The notes under the pieces were generated by a model. It was not told the DNA's origin. It was given only the letters and a program-made list of their open reading frames with translations, and ran no database searches. The translations under genes and the position numbers were made by a program. 64,000 bases of DNA from Geosiphon pyriformis uo1 (taxonomy: Eukaryota > Fungi > Glomeromycota), in contig JAAOMT010000445.1 in assembly GCA_016748015.1 (NCBI GenBank), forward strand, positions 486,874 to 550,873, in the 5' to 3' direction. Numbering within the stretch: the first letter of the stretch is position 1; every line of letters starts with the position of its first letter. Of the stretch, positions 50,097 through 62,930 are shown piece by piece.

Positions 50097-51880
50097 TGAG
50101 AAAAAGAAATAGCAGGAACCAAACCAGCATTGTCTATTTTGGCCGAGAGACCCATAACTGTGATCAACAAATTCTTCAAAGTTTTCTCCATTTTTGAGAC
50201 CACCAAAGAATCAAAAACCACTGCTCCTGCAACAGTCTCACCACTGATAGTCACACTTGAACTCTTATTTATCACTATATCTGCCCCTTGATTCTATAAT
50301 AAAAAGGTCACCAATGGCTGACATCCAGAACTAAGCTGGGAAACCGTTGGCTTAAGTGAATCCAACCTCTTAGCCAGCTTATCCACATATTCTGTGAGGC
50401 TGGCAAGACTGTACTCAAGTGCAGCAAACCTATTATTCAATTCTAAAGACACTTGTAGGGTAGGCTTCATCTTTGAAAAAAAACCAGAATCGACCAAACT
50501 ATTATGGCCAGAAAGAGGAGGGGAAGAAGACCCACCTACAATACTTGCTCACAAAGCACTACCAAAAGTGACAGGCCAAGCAACTAGAGCTGAATGTTTG
50601 GCATAAATGGCTGCCAGTCTACTCTTATCTGCATCCGAAAGTGCCTGATATGGCAATTTATCAGAAGGAAAATTCTCACCAGAAGCACAGACCAAAGAAG
50701 TATGACCCAACTTTTCACACATCATGCATACAGCTGAGCCAAAATAAGACCAATGAAAACAAGCACTTTTTAAAACTGGTGTAGTTTCTATAACAGCATT
50801 CAGTGAATCAGCAGACTCAAAACAAACAATAGTACATCTGGCCCAGGCATATGTAACAGGATGACAATTAATTACACATGTTTTCACACCCACAGAGCCA
50901 ATAAAGTCCCAGATATTATGAGCATTAGTGCCTGTTAGAAGTGTGTAGAGCAAAGCTCTATGCTGATCCCTTGTATCTCATGATTCTTTGTTCAAATTAG
51001 CTTTGGCCACTCTCATGGCATCTTTCTCAATTAAGATAGATCATCTGGCTGTGACCAAATCAGCCTGATCTGATTGGGTAAATTCTACCACAGTCTTTTG
51101 CCATAGCCCCACTAACTGTATCTTGATCAACACAACAAAACCAAATTCAGAAAGTGCAGCATGCACAGCCTCAGCCAAAGTTCCAACTGGAATTTTCTTA
51201 ACCATTACAGCCTGATCTGAACACTCAGAAGGTTTCTTGAGATCAGTGTTCACTAAAATCTTTATATCCTCAGTCTTTTTGGAAGTCTGTGCCAAGCTCA
51301 AATTAGAAGTGAATAATACTCTGATGATCCCAGCAAATTTTGAGGGAGTGGAGGCCCCCCCAAAACCATTGATTTTTGAGAATAATTTCCTGACCACCAC
51401 AAGCTTTTCCTGAGTAGATTTCCCAACAACATTGTCCAAATTGATGTCCAGAGCAAAAGACTTTCTAACAGAGATATTGACCAAGTTTTTTAGGAGGGGA
51501 GGAAAAACCACAGGACCATCCAAAAGGATGTTATTATCATTGCTGCCCAGAAAATTGATTTTGTCTAGTAGTTTACCCAAAGCTTGCTTAGTAACTATTT
51601 TAGGCTTTTTAGGTGTTTGGTTATTGTTTTTTTCTTCTAGAAAATCTCTTTCTCCATAATCTACACTAGTTTCCTCGACTAAAAACTTCTCTTCTATGTC
51701 TATATTGTCGAATTTAGTGGTATCTCTAGCCTCAGACTCCCAAAAACCACCAACTATCTTATTAGACAAAACCATTTCCTAAGCTGCACTGTCCTTTAGA
51801 GCACCATTCTTTTTTTTTTTTCTAGAAACAACATCCTTACTAACAGTATTAGCACTAAAGCCTTTGACAGACTTCTTCAT
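50093..51880 (-). pseudogene. LINE ORF1 (RRM-like repeats and CCHC knuckle)
   Basis: ATG 51880; CMMCEKLGHTSLVC; stop overlaps the ORF2 start. Confidence 0.82.
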
Positions 51881-54024
51881 CGCAGCAATACTAGAACCAA
51901 CAATGATCTCATAATCAAGCAGAAACAGTTTAGATTTATCATACTAAATTGTAAAAACTTCTTTCTTAAAAAACTTTTGACTCTTTTTTAGGAATTTGGG
52001 ACAAAAGAGAAAAAGAAGTTTTTATAATCATTTTTGGAAAAAAGATGCAAACTTTTAATTGTCTTTGTCTTTGCTTTGTAAGTTTTTTGCAATTCATTGT
52101 ATTAATACTAGCCAAAATTTTTAACATTTTCAAAACAAATATCAGCAATATGATAGATGTCATTACAAAAAAAAACTCCTATAAGGCAATATTTATATTA
52201 AAAAATTAATAAATAATATAGTAAGTAATAAACTTTATTTAAATTTATTTTTGTTTTGTAATTTGATTTTTTTTAGGAAAATTGATTTCTTCTGGTAAAT
52301 CTTTATTCTAAAGAGATATTTTTTCTTTAATAATGCTAATTTCTATAATATAGCTGATAAGAATTAAAAACAATTATTAATTGTTTTATTTTTTTAATAT
52401 AATATTATCTGTATATTAATAAAAATACCTAAAAAAAGTTTAAAATACAAAATAAAAAAGAAAAAAAAATATAAACACTTTACTCAAACTTTCCAATCTC
52501 CAATAATATGTATTTTTTAGTCAAATAAATATTTGTAATAACGTTTTTTGGAGCTTTTTTATTTGTTAATTTAAATTTTTAATTTTCATAAAAATTTTGT
52601 CAGTATTTAAGACAAAACTTAAAATAATTATTTTCTAATAATATCAGAATTTACAGTTTTCTATAAATTAAATTATGTGTATTAATATAAATATATTAAC
52701 TGTAGCAAAATAAAAAAAAATAAGCAAAAATGTTATATAAAATAAAAAATATATAATAAATTTATATTAAAATAATATTAAAACAATTTATTAAGAATAA
52801 AACTTTCTTTAAGCAGTTATTAGAACTGTACATAGTTGTTATTGTATTTTTAATAACAAAAAAATTTTGGTCCAAAAAAAAACTGCTTAAAAATTTATTT
52901 TAAAAGCTTTTCAAATAAATACAACTAATTTTTTTTATTAAATTTATATATAATAGTAAATTTGCAATCCAAAAAATTTTGGTTTCAATTTATTATTTTT
53001 GTTTCATAAGTTCAAAAATGCAAAAAAATAATTTGTTTATAAATATTTTAGTTGTTAAAAGTGCTTTAAATTAAGATTAGACTTATATTTATTGAATATA
53101 TGAAAATTAAGCACAAACTTCTTTGATTTTTACTATATAACATTGTAAAAACAATTAAATTACTACAAAAGTTTTTGTTTATTAGAATTAATTACATAAA
53201 AATAACTTGCTTTTTTAATTATTAAGTTATAAATTTATTATTAAAGAAAAAAGATTATAAAAAAAACAGTTATATTATTTTCAATTTTTTTTAATAATTT
53301 ATTAGCATATCTAATGATATTATCTAATTAAAAAGTAAGTTGCTTAATATTAATATCTTCAAAAAATTATTTTGTTATTATTAATGATTTTAGTAATTTG
53401 TGTTTTGTAATAAAATCTGTTTAAAACTATATCTTAAAGTTGAATAAATTCTTATAATATTAATTATATTTTTATTTTATTTTTAGAATCTCTTTTTTAA
53501 AATAATCTAAGCTTATTTTTAATGTGACCATTAACATCTTTCTGATAAAAATAAGACTTGAAAAAACTAATTATAAATAATTTGACAACAAACCTATATA
53601 GAAAAGACAAATTATTATATAAATTATATAAAATAAAATAAAATATTATCTTTGCAATTTATATCTGTAAGAATAAATACTATATCAATATTAGTATTAA
53701 AAAAAATTAAATAAACTAACAAGATATTTACTTTTAAAACATAAATTCACTAAAAATAAACTATTAATATATATATAAAATTAATAAAAGCTTTATATTT
53801 CTATCTTAAATTTTTTAATAAATTGATGAACAATATTCTAACAGTTATGATTTCAAATAATATTAAAACTGTATAGACAAGCAAATTTTCTATTTCTATA
53901 TATAATATATAATATTTTTATCTATTGTTTAACAAAATTTTTGTTAATTGGTTTAAGAATCTCTGATTCTAAATTCTTAAAGTTCTCTTTATTAAAAATA
54001 TTTTTTAGCTTATTATTAATATAT

Positions 54025-57000
54025 TGTTACAGTTTAAGTTTTTAATAAGAATTATAAATAATATAAATTAGCCAATCATGAAATAGCACAGTAGCAATTT
54101 ATAAAAAAAAATAATTTACAAATAACAGCAAGCACTACCATGCAATAGCAGCAAGCACTATTGTGTAATAGCAGTAAGCACTATTTTACAATAGCAGCAA
54201 GCACTATTGTGCAAAAACAGTAAGCGCTATTTAGAAATAATGAAAATAGAGTATTATAAGACATTATTTTGTAAAACAATAATTTTTAATGATAAAGAAA
54301 AAACAGCTTCAACTAAAAGCAACAAATATCTAAATAAAATCTTATTCAAAAAGAATTAATAAAAAAATAATAAATTGAATAAATATCACAATTATGAGAT
54401 TAACAATAGAATTTACATATTCTTTCTAGCGAATGAAACTATCATTCCATCTTTAAATCCTTTGGAAAAATAATCTCTGATTAAGATTATTCACATGGTT
54501 ACTAATTAAATTGAAAAAGCTTTATTATATACTTAGGGAAATTGCGAAAAGGCCATTAACATTCTATGTTTTTAGATTAGAGAAACACATCAGACAATTG
54601 TAAAAATAGCCTCAAAGAAGACTCCAGACAACAGGTAGATTTCAGATTAGCCTCTGAAAAGAAGTACACAACATACAAAGACAACTAGAATTAAAGAGAA
54701 GACTTACATCACAATATCAAGAGAAAACGTTTAGTACATTATTATTATTATCCAACACATAAAATCAAGAAACTCACAAGAAACTGATTGCAATTAAAAT
54801 GAGAGATCAACAATTAAAATATACCAAAAAAACACCCCTGTAACATTTGGTGAATCTTACAAAGAAAAAAAATAATAATTAGCAATAATTCATTGCTAAA
54901 AAAGAAGAAACAAAAGTGGTGACAAAAACCCCTATCCTTATTATTCTTTAATTCTGCCGTGCTATTTACACACAAAATCAAAGTGATTTTGAATTATCAG
55001 AAGAGTGTTGTTCAGCTGAAAATGCCCTCACCTATTACATTAACACCAGAATAAATTATTACATAGAAAGGGAACAAAAACCAAATGATGCAAAACATCA
55101 ATTATATAGAGAATTATCTCAATTTACTACAAAAAAAACAACAGCATTAGCTGTAACTATTGTTCAAATTCATCGCAAAATTGAGCAATACACCAATGAA
55201 AATTACCCAATATCTACAAAGAATACCAGAAAACACATCCACAATCCAGAAATTAATCACGAAGAAAATCAGCAAAAATTAGAAACACCTGTCCAAACAT
55301 TCAAGAAAAATGTTGTGCAATCAGTAAAGAAACAATGCCTTCATTCGCCAGAAAAAAGATCTTATTATTTTTTCCCAGATAATAAAATCCAACTCTCATT
55401 AGGAGCTGCATCATTATTCACATCAACCCCACAAATGCCAAGAGCTCCTAATTATACTAAGAAGCTTAAACAATGCAATTGGAAAGATATACCAATTACA
55501 AGAGGATATTTATCACTATTCTAAAAAACCCTTTTTTCAACCAAAATTTGGAGTGAGGTTTGAAAACTGTGAAGAGGAGTCTGAATCAGAATCCAAAGAA
55601 ACCAGTAAAAAAGCAAGCACAAGACCAGTCACTGAAACAAGCAGCCAGTCCAGAAACCAAGAAACTTATAATTAAGAAGAAGAAATAACACATACAAAAC
55701 ACCTCAAAAACACAACCAGAAATTTAGTGGCAGCCAAAATAATCACTTATTACATTAGAACTTCAGAACAGAAATATGCGCCTGCCATTTTTGCAAACAC
55801 ATAAAACATTTGATTAGTCAATATTGAATGTGAATGATGCATGAGGCATGTGAGAATAATTATTATGCACTACCCTAAATGCCCAGGAATCAATACACAC
55901 CAATACCATGTTAATACTCTACCATGTACCAAAATTAAGAAACTTACCAGCAATGACCAGTGATTCCAAATCCAAATTGGTGTTCAGAGTTTTAAAGCCA
56001 GCCAATATTAGGTCAAAATGCAATTATTACTAGAAATCTTAATTGCATAGGATCTAATCAGCAAACAAACACAAATCATCCAAACTACTTAAATTTTCAG
56101 CCAATTTATTTTAATATATTGGAAAACTTAAATCTCAGAAATATTAATAGTAATATATCTGGAACTGAAAATATTACCAATGCTAACTGCTTGTTGCAAA
56201 TGAGACACACATAAAAACCATTAAACAACAATACAACAATTAGAAAGTTTTATTGAAAAAACCAACAATATACGTCATATAAAAGCTGTTCACAGAATTT
56301 TTAAGACTTTCAAAAACTGTCACAAAGTACTATTAAATTCAACTATGAATATTATAACAATTAATAATATTGAACAATTAACCAATTTACAATTTCAAAA
56401 TTTACAACAACAAATTAATAATACAGTATTAAATTATTATAGTAATATAGAAATTAATGAAGAAATTAACTTCAATTTTGACAGAGCTCAATCTTAAAAG
56501 GAGGGGATAATGTTATAGTTCAAGAATTTAATAGGAATTATAAATAATATAAATTAGCCAATCATGAAATAGCACAGTAGCAATTTATAAAAAGAAATAA
56601 TTTACAAATAACAGCAAGCACTACCATGCAATAGCAGCAAGCACTATTGTGTAATAGCAGTAAGCACTATTGTGCAAAAACAGTAAGCACTATTTAGAAA
56701 TAATGAAAATAGAGTATTATAAGACATTATTTTGTAAAACAATAATTATATATATATACAATAGTTTTTAATAATGAAGAAAAAACAGCTTCAACTAGAA
56801 GCAACAAATATTTAAATAAAATCTTATTCAAAAAGAATTAATAAAAAAATAATAAATTAAATGAACATCACAATTATGAGATTAACAATAAAATTCACAT
56901 ATCCTCTCTAGCAAATGAAACTATCATTCCATCTTTAAACCCTTTGAAAGAATAATCTCTGATCAAGATTATTCACATAGTTATTAATTAAATTGAAAAA

Positions 57001-57327
57001 GCTTTATTATATACTTAGGGAAATTGCGAAAAAACCATTAACATTCTGTGTTTCTAGATTAGAGAAACACATTAAGCAATTGCAAGGATAGCCTTAGAGA
57101 AGACCCCAGACAACAGATAGATTTCAGATTAGCCTCTGAAAAGAAGTACACAACATACAAAGACAACTAGAATTAAAGAGAAGACTTACATTACAACATT
57201 AAGAGAAAACATTTAGTACATTATTATTATTATTCAACACATAAAATCAAAGAACTTATGAGAGACTGATTGCAATTAAAATGGGAGATCAACAATTAAA
57301 ATATACCAAAAAAACACTTTCATAACA
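54025..57327 (+). mobile_element. Element G: non-autonomous internal-deletion derivative of family C (3.3 kb)
   Basis: LTRs 54025-54845 and 56511-57327; TSD ATAT/ATGT; PBS and PPT kept; holds only gag ends, the last RNase H codons and the ORF3 tail. Confidence 0.92.
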
Positions 57328-59693
57328 ATGTTAAAAAGCAATATTTATGTCAACAAACCAGATAACACTCTAAATATACTAATCAATTTCTAAAAGTAAT
57401 ATAAATTATAAATTGTTTTTAAAAAAAAAATTACACATAATAATTATTCATCTTGTATCAAATTTTTTTTATATAACAGTTTTTTTTGTTAATTTATTTA
57501 TTTTTTTTCTTTTCTAACTTTAAATTTGTTGAATTTTTGTCTTTTTTTTGCCAAAACTTTTTAAAAAAAAACTTAATATAGTTTTTACAAAAATTTTTTG
57601 TATTTTACTTTTTCATTTCTCTAATATCAATACACATTGATATAGTATATTTTTCAAGATTTGAATGTGGAAATTTGGTGTATTTTTTTCAATAATATAC
57701 TATCATATCTTTTTTAAAATAACTCTCTAATAACATAATTGTTTTCATAAAACAATTAATATGCTTATAATCTGGCCAAGTATCTAGAGTATTAGAGTAT
57801 TTATATAAAATATAAGTTATAAAATCAAATTATTTTTCACTAATCAATTCATTGGCTGAACCAATATAATCAAAAATAAATTGTAATAGCTTTTATAATA
57901 GTTAAATTTCTAATCTCAACAGCAGCTTAGAATTTTTGCAAGTCTAAAAAAATAAGTTTCTATTAATCAAATTTTTCTTGATTTCAAGATTATTTAACAA
58001 ATTAAAATTAGTAAAATGTCCAATTTTTAAGCCATTGATTATTTATGTTTTTTGCAAATTATTTTTTGAGCACATTAGCTATAAAATAATAATATTATAA
58101 GATTAAAATATAAAACCCAATAAATCTTTAAAACTTTATTTTCATGCCAATTACACAAAACTATTTGAGTTTTTGGAAAATATTTCTTGGCTGCTACTAA
58201 ATAAAAATCCCATTTATTTATAGCTAACTACTTAGAATTTAATTGAATATTGCTCTTATAACTATATTTAATAAACTTTTAATAAAAAAAATTATTGTAT
58301 AATTTATAAATTGAAAATTTCAATTGGACAAAAATTATTATATAATTTACTTACTTAAATATTAAATTAATAACTAGTATTGTTTTTTTATTACTTATAA
58401 ATATTGTTAAAACTTAACTACATAATTCATTTAATCTAATTATAAAAACAATATTAAAGAAGTTTAAGCTGTTGTGATAGCTAGTAGAATCTAAAGACAA
58501 AAAATCTAGATATTTGTATAATAGCTTTAACATAACTGTAGATACAACACCAAAAAGTATAGTTTAACTCTTAAAATTTTAAGCATCCTTAATTCTATAT
58601 TGTTTTAATATGATAATGCCTTCAGCTTTATAAGTATTTATTAGGGAATAAATCTGTTAATAAAGTAAATTAATATAATAATATATATATATAAATGAAT
58701 ATAAGCAATTTCTTATTTTTTAAAATTTTAATAAATTTAAATAATATAACTTTTTGTTATACTTAAAAGTATTTTAAATTGTCTTAAGATTAGATGCAAA
58801 TTGAACAGAACTTAATTTGTAAATCTATTACTTGTGCTTAAATTCTTTGCATTATTTATTAATTCTAAAAATAATTAATATTAATAAAATTCAATTACTT
58901 TTTTGAATTTATACTTAAACTTATTAGTTACAATCATTAAAAGTGATATATTTGTAGTTTTATTTGAAATGTTTTTTCTAATTAAATTGGCTATTTGGTA
59001 TAGTTTTTTTTAAATGTGATTAGAATTATAATTTCTATAGCACTTAATATTACATAAATTAAATAGCTTGTCATGAAGAATTACAATATGACTTTTTCAA
59101 TTATATTTAGTTTTATAATACTCTTTTTATAAATAAAGATAAAGTTGATACTTTTTAATTTTGATTAAATATTATTTTTCTATATATGCTAACTTTGAAT
59201 TTGTATTTTATTTGTATTTTTATTTACAAGTATAATAGTTTTTACATTTTTTTCATGTATCTTAATATTTAATAAAATACTATTATATATATAGAAGTAT
59301 AATTTATATAAATAATAATTTTTTATTCATTTTTTATATATACAGTTATGATCTAGAATTTTATAGCTATAAGAATACTGTATTAAACATATATAAGTCT
59401 AATATTGAGAGTATTTTTATAAATAGTATTTGTATATATATTGAATAGTTGGCAATAATAGACCAAATAGTTCTTTTTTATTTTAATAAACCTAATAAAT
59501 ATAGCATAATTTTCCATTATTGATAATATTATAGTAGTAAAGATAATATACTTTTATTTTTTTTACACATTTTATATATTTTATTTTTTTTAATCTTATA
59601 TAATATAGTCAATAAAATACAATTTATTACAAATTTTACTTAATACAATCATGAAATTTACAGATTTAAATTTTAATTGTATTTATCTTTATA

Positions 59694-62498
59694 TAGTATA
59701 TATAACTTAGTTCTAACTATTAAACTTAATAAAATTCAAGTTATTACTTTTTGCTCAAAAAAAAAATAGATACCAAATTTAATTATAGAATAATAAAGCT
59801 ATTTAAATTAAACAATATTATGTTTTCAAATTTTCTGTAAAATAATTTTTTAAAAAACAGTAATAATTTAAAGTTAACTAATTTTACTATTAAACTAATA
59901 ATTTGGTTATAATCAACATATATAATCATATTTATTGCTAATTGGCTAATTTAAGAATAATATATTAAGTAAACTTTTCTTAATTATAATACCAGCTTTT
60001 TAGTATAATACTAAATTAACTAATTTATTAAATATCAACTAATTATAAAACTGAATCAGGAACTTAGTAATATAAATGGTATTTTTTAATTGCAAATTCT
60101 GCTATTTAACCTGTTAAGCCTTTTTGATATACATCTATATAATGAAATGTTTTTTTTGTATATCAATAAATAGTTATAAGTAGAATAGAAATAAGAACTA
60201 ATGAAACAGTTCTTTGTAATTCTGTCCATAAGTAATCACAATGTTAACTAAATTTTTTGGTTACATTTTAAAAGTTTTCAATATAGTTGAGCTTACAATA
60301 AAACTTTAAATAGAATACAATTTAATGTTTAATTACAACAATAGTCTTTTTTAACTGTCTTTTTTATGCTAAAAAGTTTGGTGGTTTACTTATTACTTTT
60401 CATGTTTCTTTTAATTTTAATCTTTTATTTGGCCATAATCTTCTTTTAATTAGAATTTGTTTTAATTCTTTTGCCTGTTCACACAATTTGGAAATATAAT
60501 AATTTGATAAAAAGACTATATTCTATTAAATTCTTTTATCAAAATATGTACTTTGTATCTTTGGTTGCTTTCTACTAGGGCTAAAATTTATATACTTGGC
60601 AATAAGTACATCTGGTAAAAAAGTGGCATGACTTAATGTATTATCAAATACAAATAAAGCCTAATATCCTAAAAAGCATGCTTCAAATATAGGAATAGCA
60701 CATTTAATTATCTGATTAATCAAGTCATTGGCTTTTTACTAACCATCATTATTTTTGCTTAGGTGCATAATAATACAAACTTTTTTAGAAAAGTTGTTTG
60801 ATGTTTGCATTTTTTTAAGAAGTACAAAACAATCATAAACATCAGTCAAAAATTCACTAACATGAATTGGATGACCATTATCTTTTTTTCATAAAGATTG
60901 TTTTCTATTAAGAATTCAAAGATTCTGATTTCTATTATAAGCTAAGAAAATACACTTATTATGTGTAACAAGAATAAGTAGTTGTACATTATTTTTTGAC
61001 CAGGTTATCTTTTCTAAATTATCTTTTGAGAAAGTGAAAGTTTATTCATTTTTTCTAAAAATATTTTTCAATAAGTCACTATATCTTTCTTTTTATGTCC
61101 ATTTATATACACTCTCTTTTTCATCTTAACATATGCATATTCAAGTTTTTTCAAATAATTTCTTACTGTATTAAAATGAATAGTTAAAAATGGTGCAAAT
61201 CCAAGTCCTGGCAAAATAATTTCATTTATCTGTGTCATTAACATTTGTGGAGTAATATCCCACTTATGTTCTCGAATATATGATTTTACTTGAAGAAGGA
61301 TATTCTCATCCCAAAGAAAGCTCCATATTTTGGCATGATGTCCTCAGTGAGAGTAAGGAATTTGATGAGTTATTACATACTCATGTGTCCAAGAACGAAT
61401 ACATTTAGCATGGTATACTCCTTTTCCTATCGCATTAGCAACAATCTTACTTGCTTCCATTTTTGGATAGCTGCATTTTACAAGTTGGAGATAGAGACGA
61501 ATGCCATTTAGACGTATCCAAATCTCACTATTCACATTTTCCTTTTTGATATCTAACACCAGGTTTTCGAGAGCTGCTGAAAGTTTATTATGCCAATTAC
61601 AATCCTCATCCTCATTATCCGATTGTCTGCCAATATCATCATTTGCTTCTACATTAGTCTCGTCAGCCAGCTCCTTATCAACTTCCTCAGCAGATCTCTT
61701 GGTATCCCAAAAGGTATGCAACGTAAGAGTTCCCTTTGCTGCCTCACGCTGTTGTTGATTCTTTCTTCTTTTAGTACGACTTGAGTTTCCTATATAACGT
61801 AGTCTACGTGCTTCATAAGAAGCATGTTCCTGATAATATTTTTTTGCTGCTTCTTGAAGTTTTTTAACAATGCTTACAGCANNNNNNNNNNNNNNNNNNN
61901 NCTTCAATCATAACAGGGGGCGGGAACTTAGACTGAATTATTTACTATTGAAAGAACTTCCTCGCTGATTAGTAATGACTTCGGTTAAGAGGTAAGTGAT
62001 TTCATTTATTTATAAGTGTATTTCGTGTCAGTTCTATATCTTTTAACGCGTTCTTTTTATTTTATTTAAATTTGGTCCTTATTGACCACGATTTTTACGA
62101 TCATTACAATATTCAAATGATTATTATAATAGAAACGATTATAATTATTAATAAGTAATTGTTCTTTTTTTTGTACACAAATAAGAGCTTTCATTCATTT
62201 TGTGGTATTCAGTATCTGATTGCCTTTTTGTTAGTTCTATCGCTGCTATCTTTATATATATATTACACGCGCAATTAAAAGAAAATTGATTTTTTTTAAA
62301 CTCTTATCCAAACATTAATTATTATCGTGTTACAGTGAGGCATGCAGGTCACGGTTGTGGAATCACGGGAACATGTGATCTGTGAACTCGAATTTGCACC
62401 AATAAAATTACAACGTTACTGTGTCTTGTGATAGCAGCTCAACATCTCAAATTTGGCCACTTAAAAATTTTTTGGTCGGGACTAAGTTGTACACACTG
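59694..62498 (-). mobile_element. Tc1/mariner-IS630-like DNA transposon with 25-bp TIRs and TA TSD
   Basis: Right TIR 62474-62498 (rc CAGTGTGTACAACTTAGTCCCGACC); left TIR 59694-59718 differs only by 8 C>T/G>A; TA on both sides; transposase inside. Confidence 0.82.
60000..61907 (-). pseudogene. DDE transposase (N-terminus open, C-terminus decayed)
   Basis: Track ORF 61344-61907, then VYINGHKR, LVTHNKCIF (THDE), AIPIFE..ALFVFDNTLSH, NFSPSRKQPK; both ends approximate and an N-gap lies near the start. Confidence 0.75.
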
Positions 62499-62930
62499 TA
62501 TAAAACTAATTTACATTAAATTCACTATGGGACCAGCACTATTAAAAAAAAACAAGAAGAAAAGATTGCTCCATATATTTTCAAAATCAATAATACCCAA
62601 ACTTTCCAGGAATATCTAGATAAAGCATAATTTTATTAAAAAACTCTGGATAATAGCATATTTAATAATATTTCACTAAAGCGACCGAAGTATAGGGATA
62701 CTCATCAATGGCTCTAGTGAATATGTACTTTATAAGTTGTTGTTTGTAAAATTAAGTCTATCGATTCTCATGCTACATGATCAAACATCAATCACAGGGG
62801 CAACAATCTGACAACCTGATTTGATGTATGCAATTGTTCTACAACGTGATATGCCCCATGATGCAAGGGAACGCAACAAGATATAAACGCGCACACTACA
62901 CGTTCATTTTCTTCTCATAATCAGACAAAC

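Larger units (their letters stand above)
45269..51910 (-). mobile_element. Full-length non-LTR retrotransposon (LINE; APE-RT-RNase H), clade not assigned
   Basis: Poly(A) (T-run 45269-45278); TSD ATAATCAA at 45261-45268 and 51911-51918; ORF1 and ORF2 remnants. Confidence 0.9.

Noticed and set aside
51920-54020. Very AT-rich stretch as a gene or TE remnant (also 44601-45260 and 57332-59690)
   Set aside because: No recognisable motifs, termini or credible ORFs; probably terminally decayed sequence.
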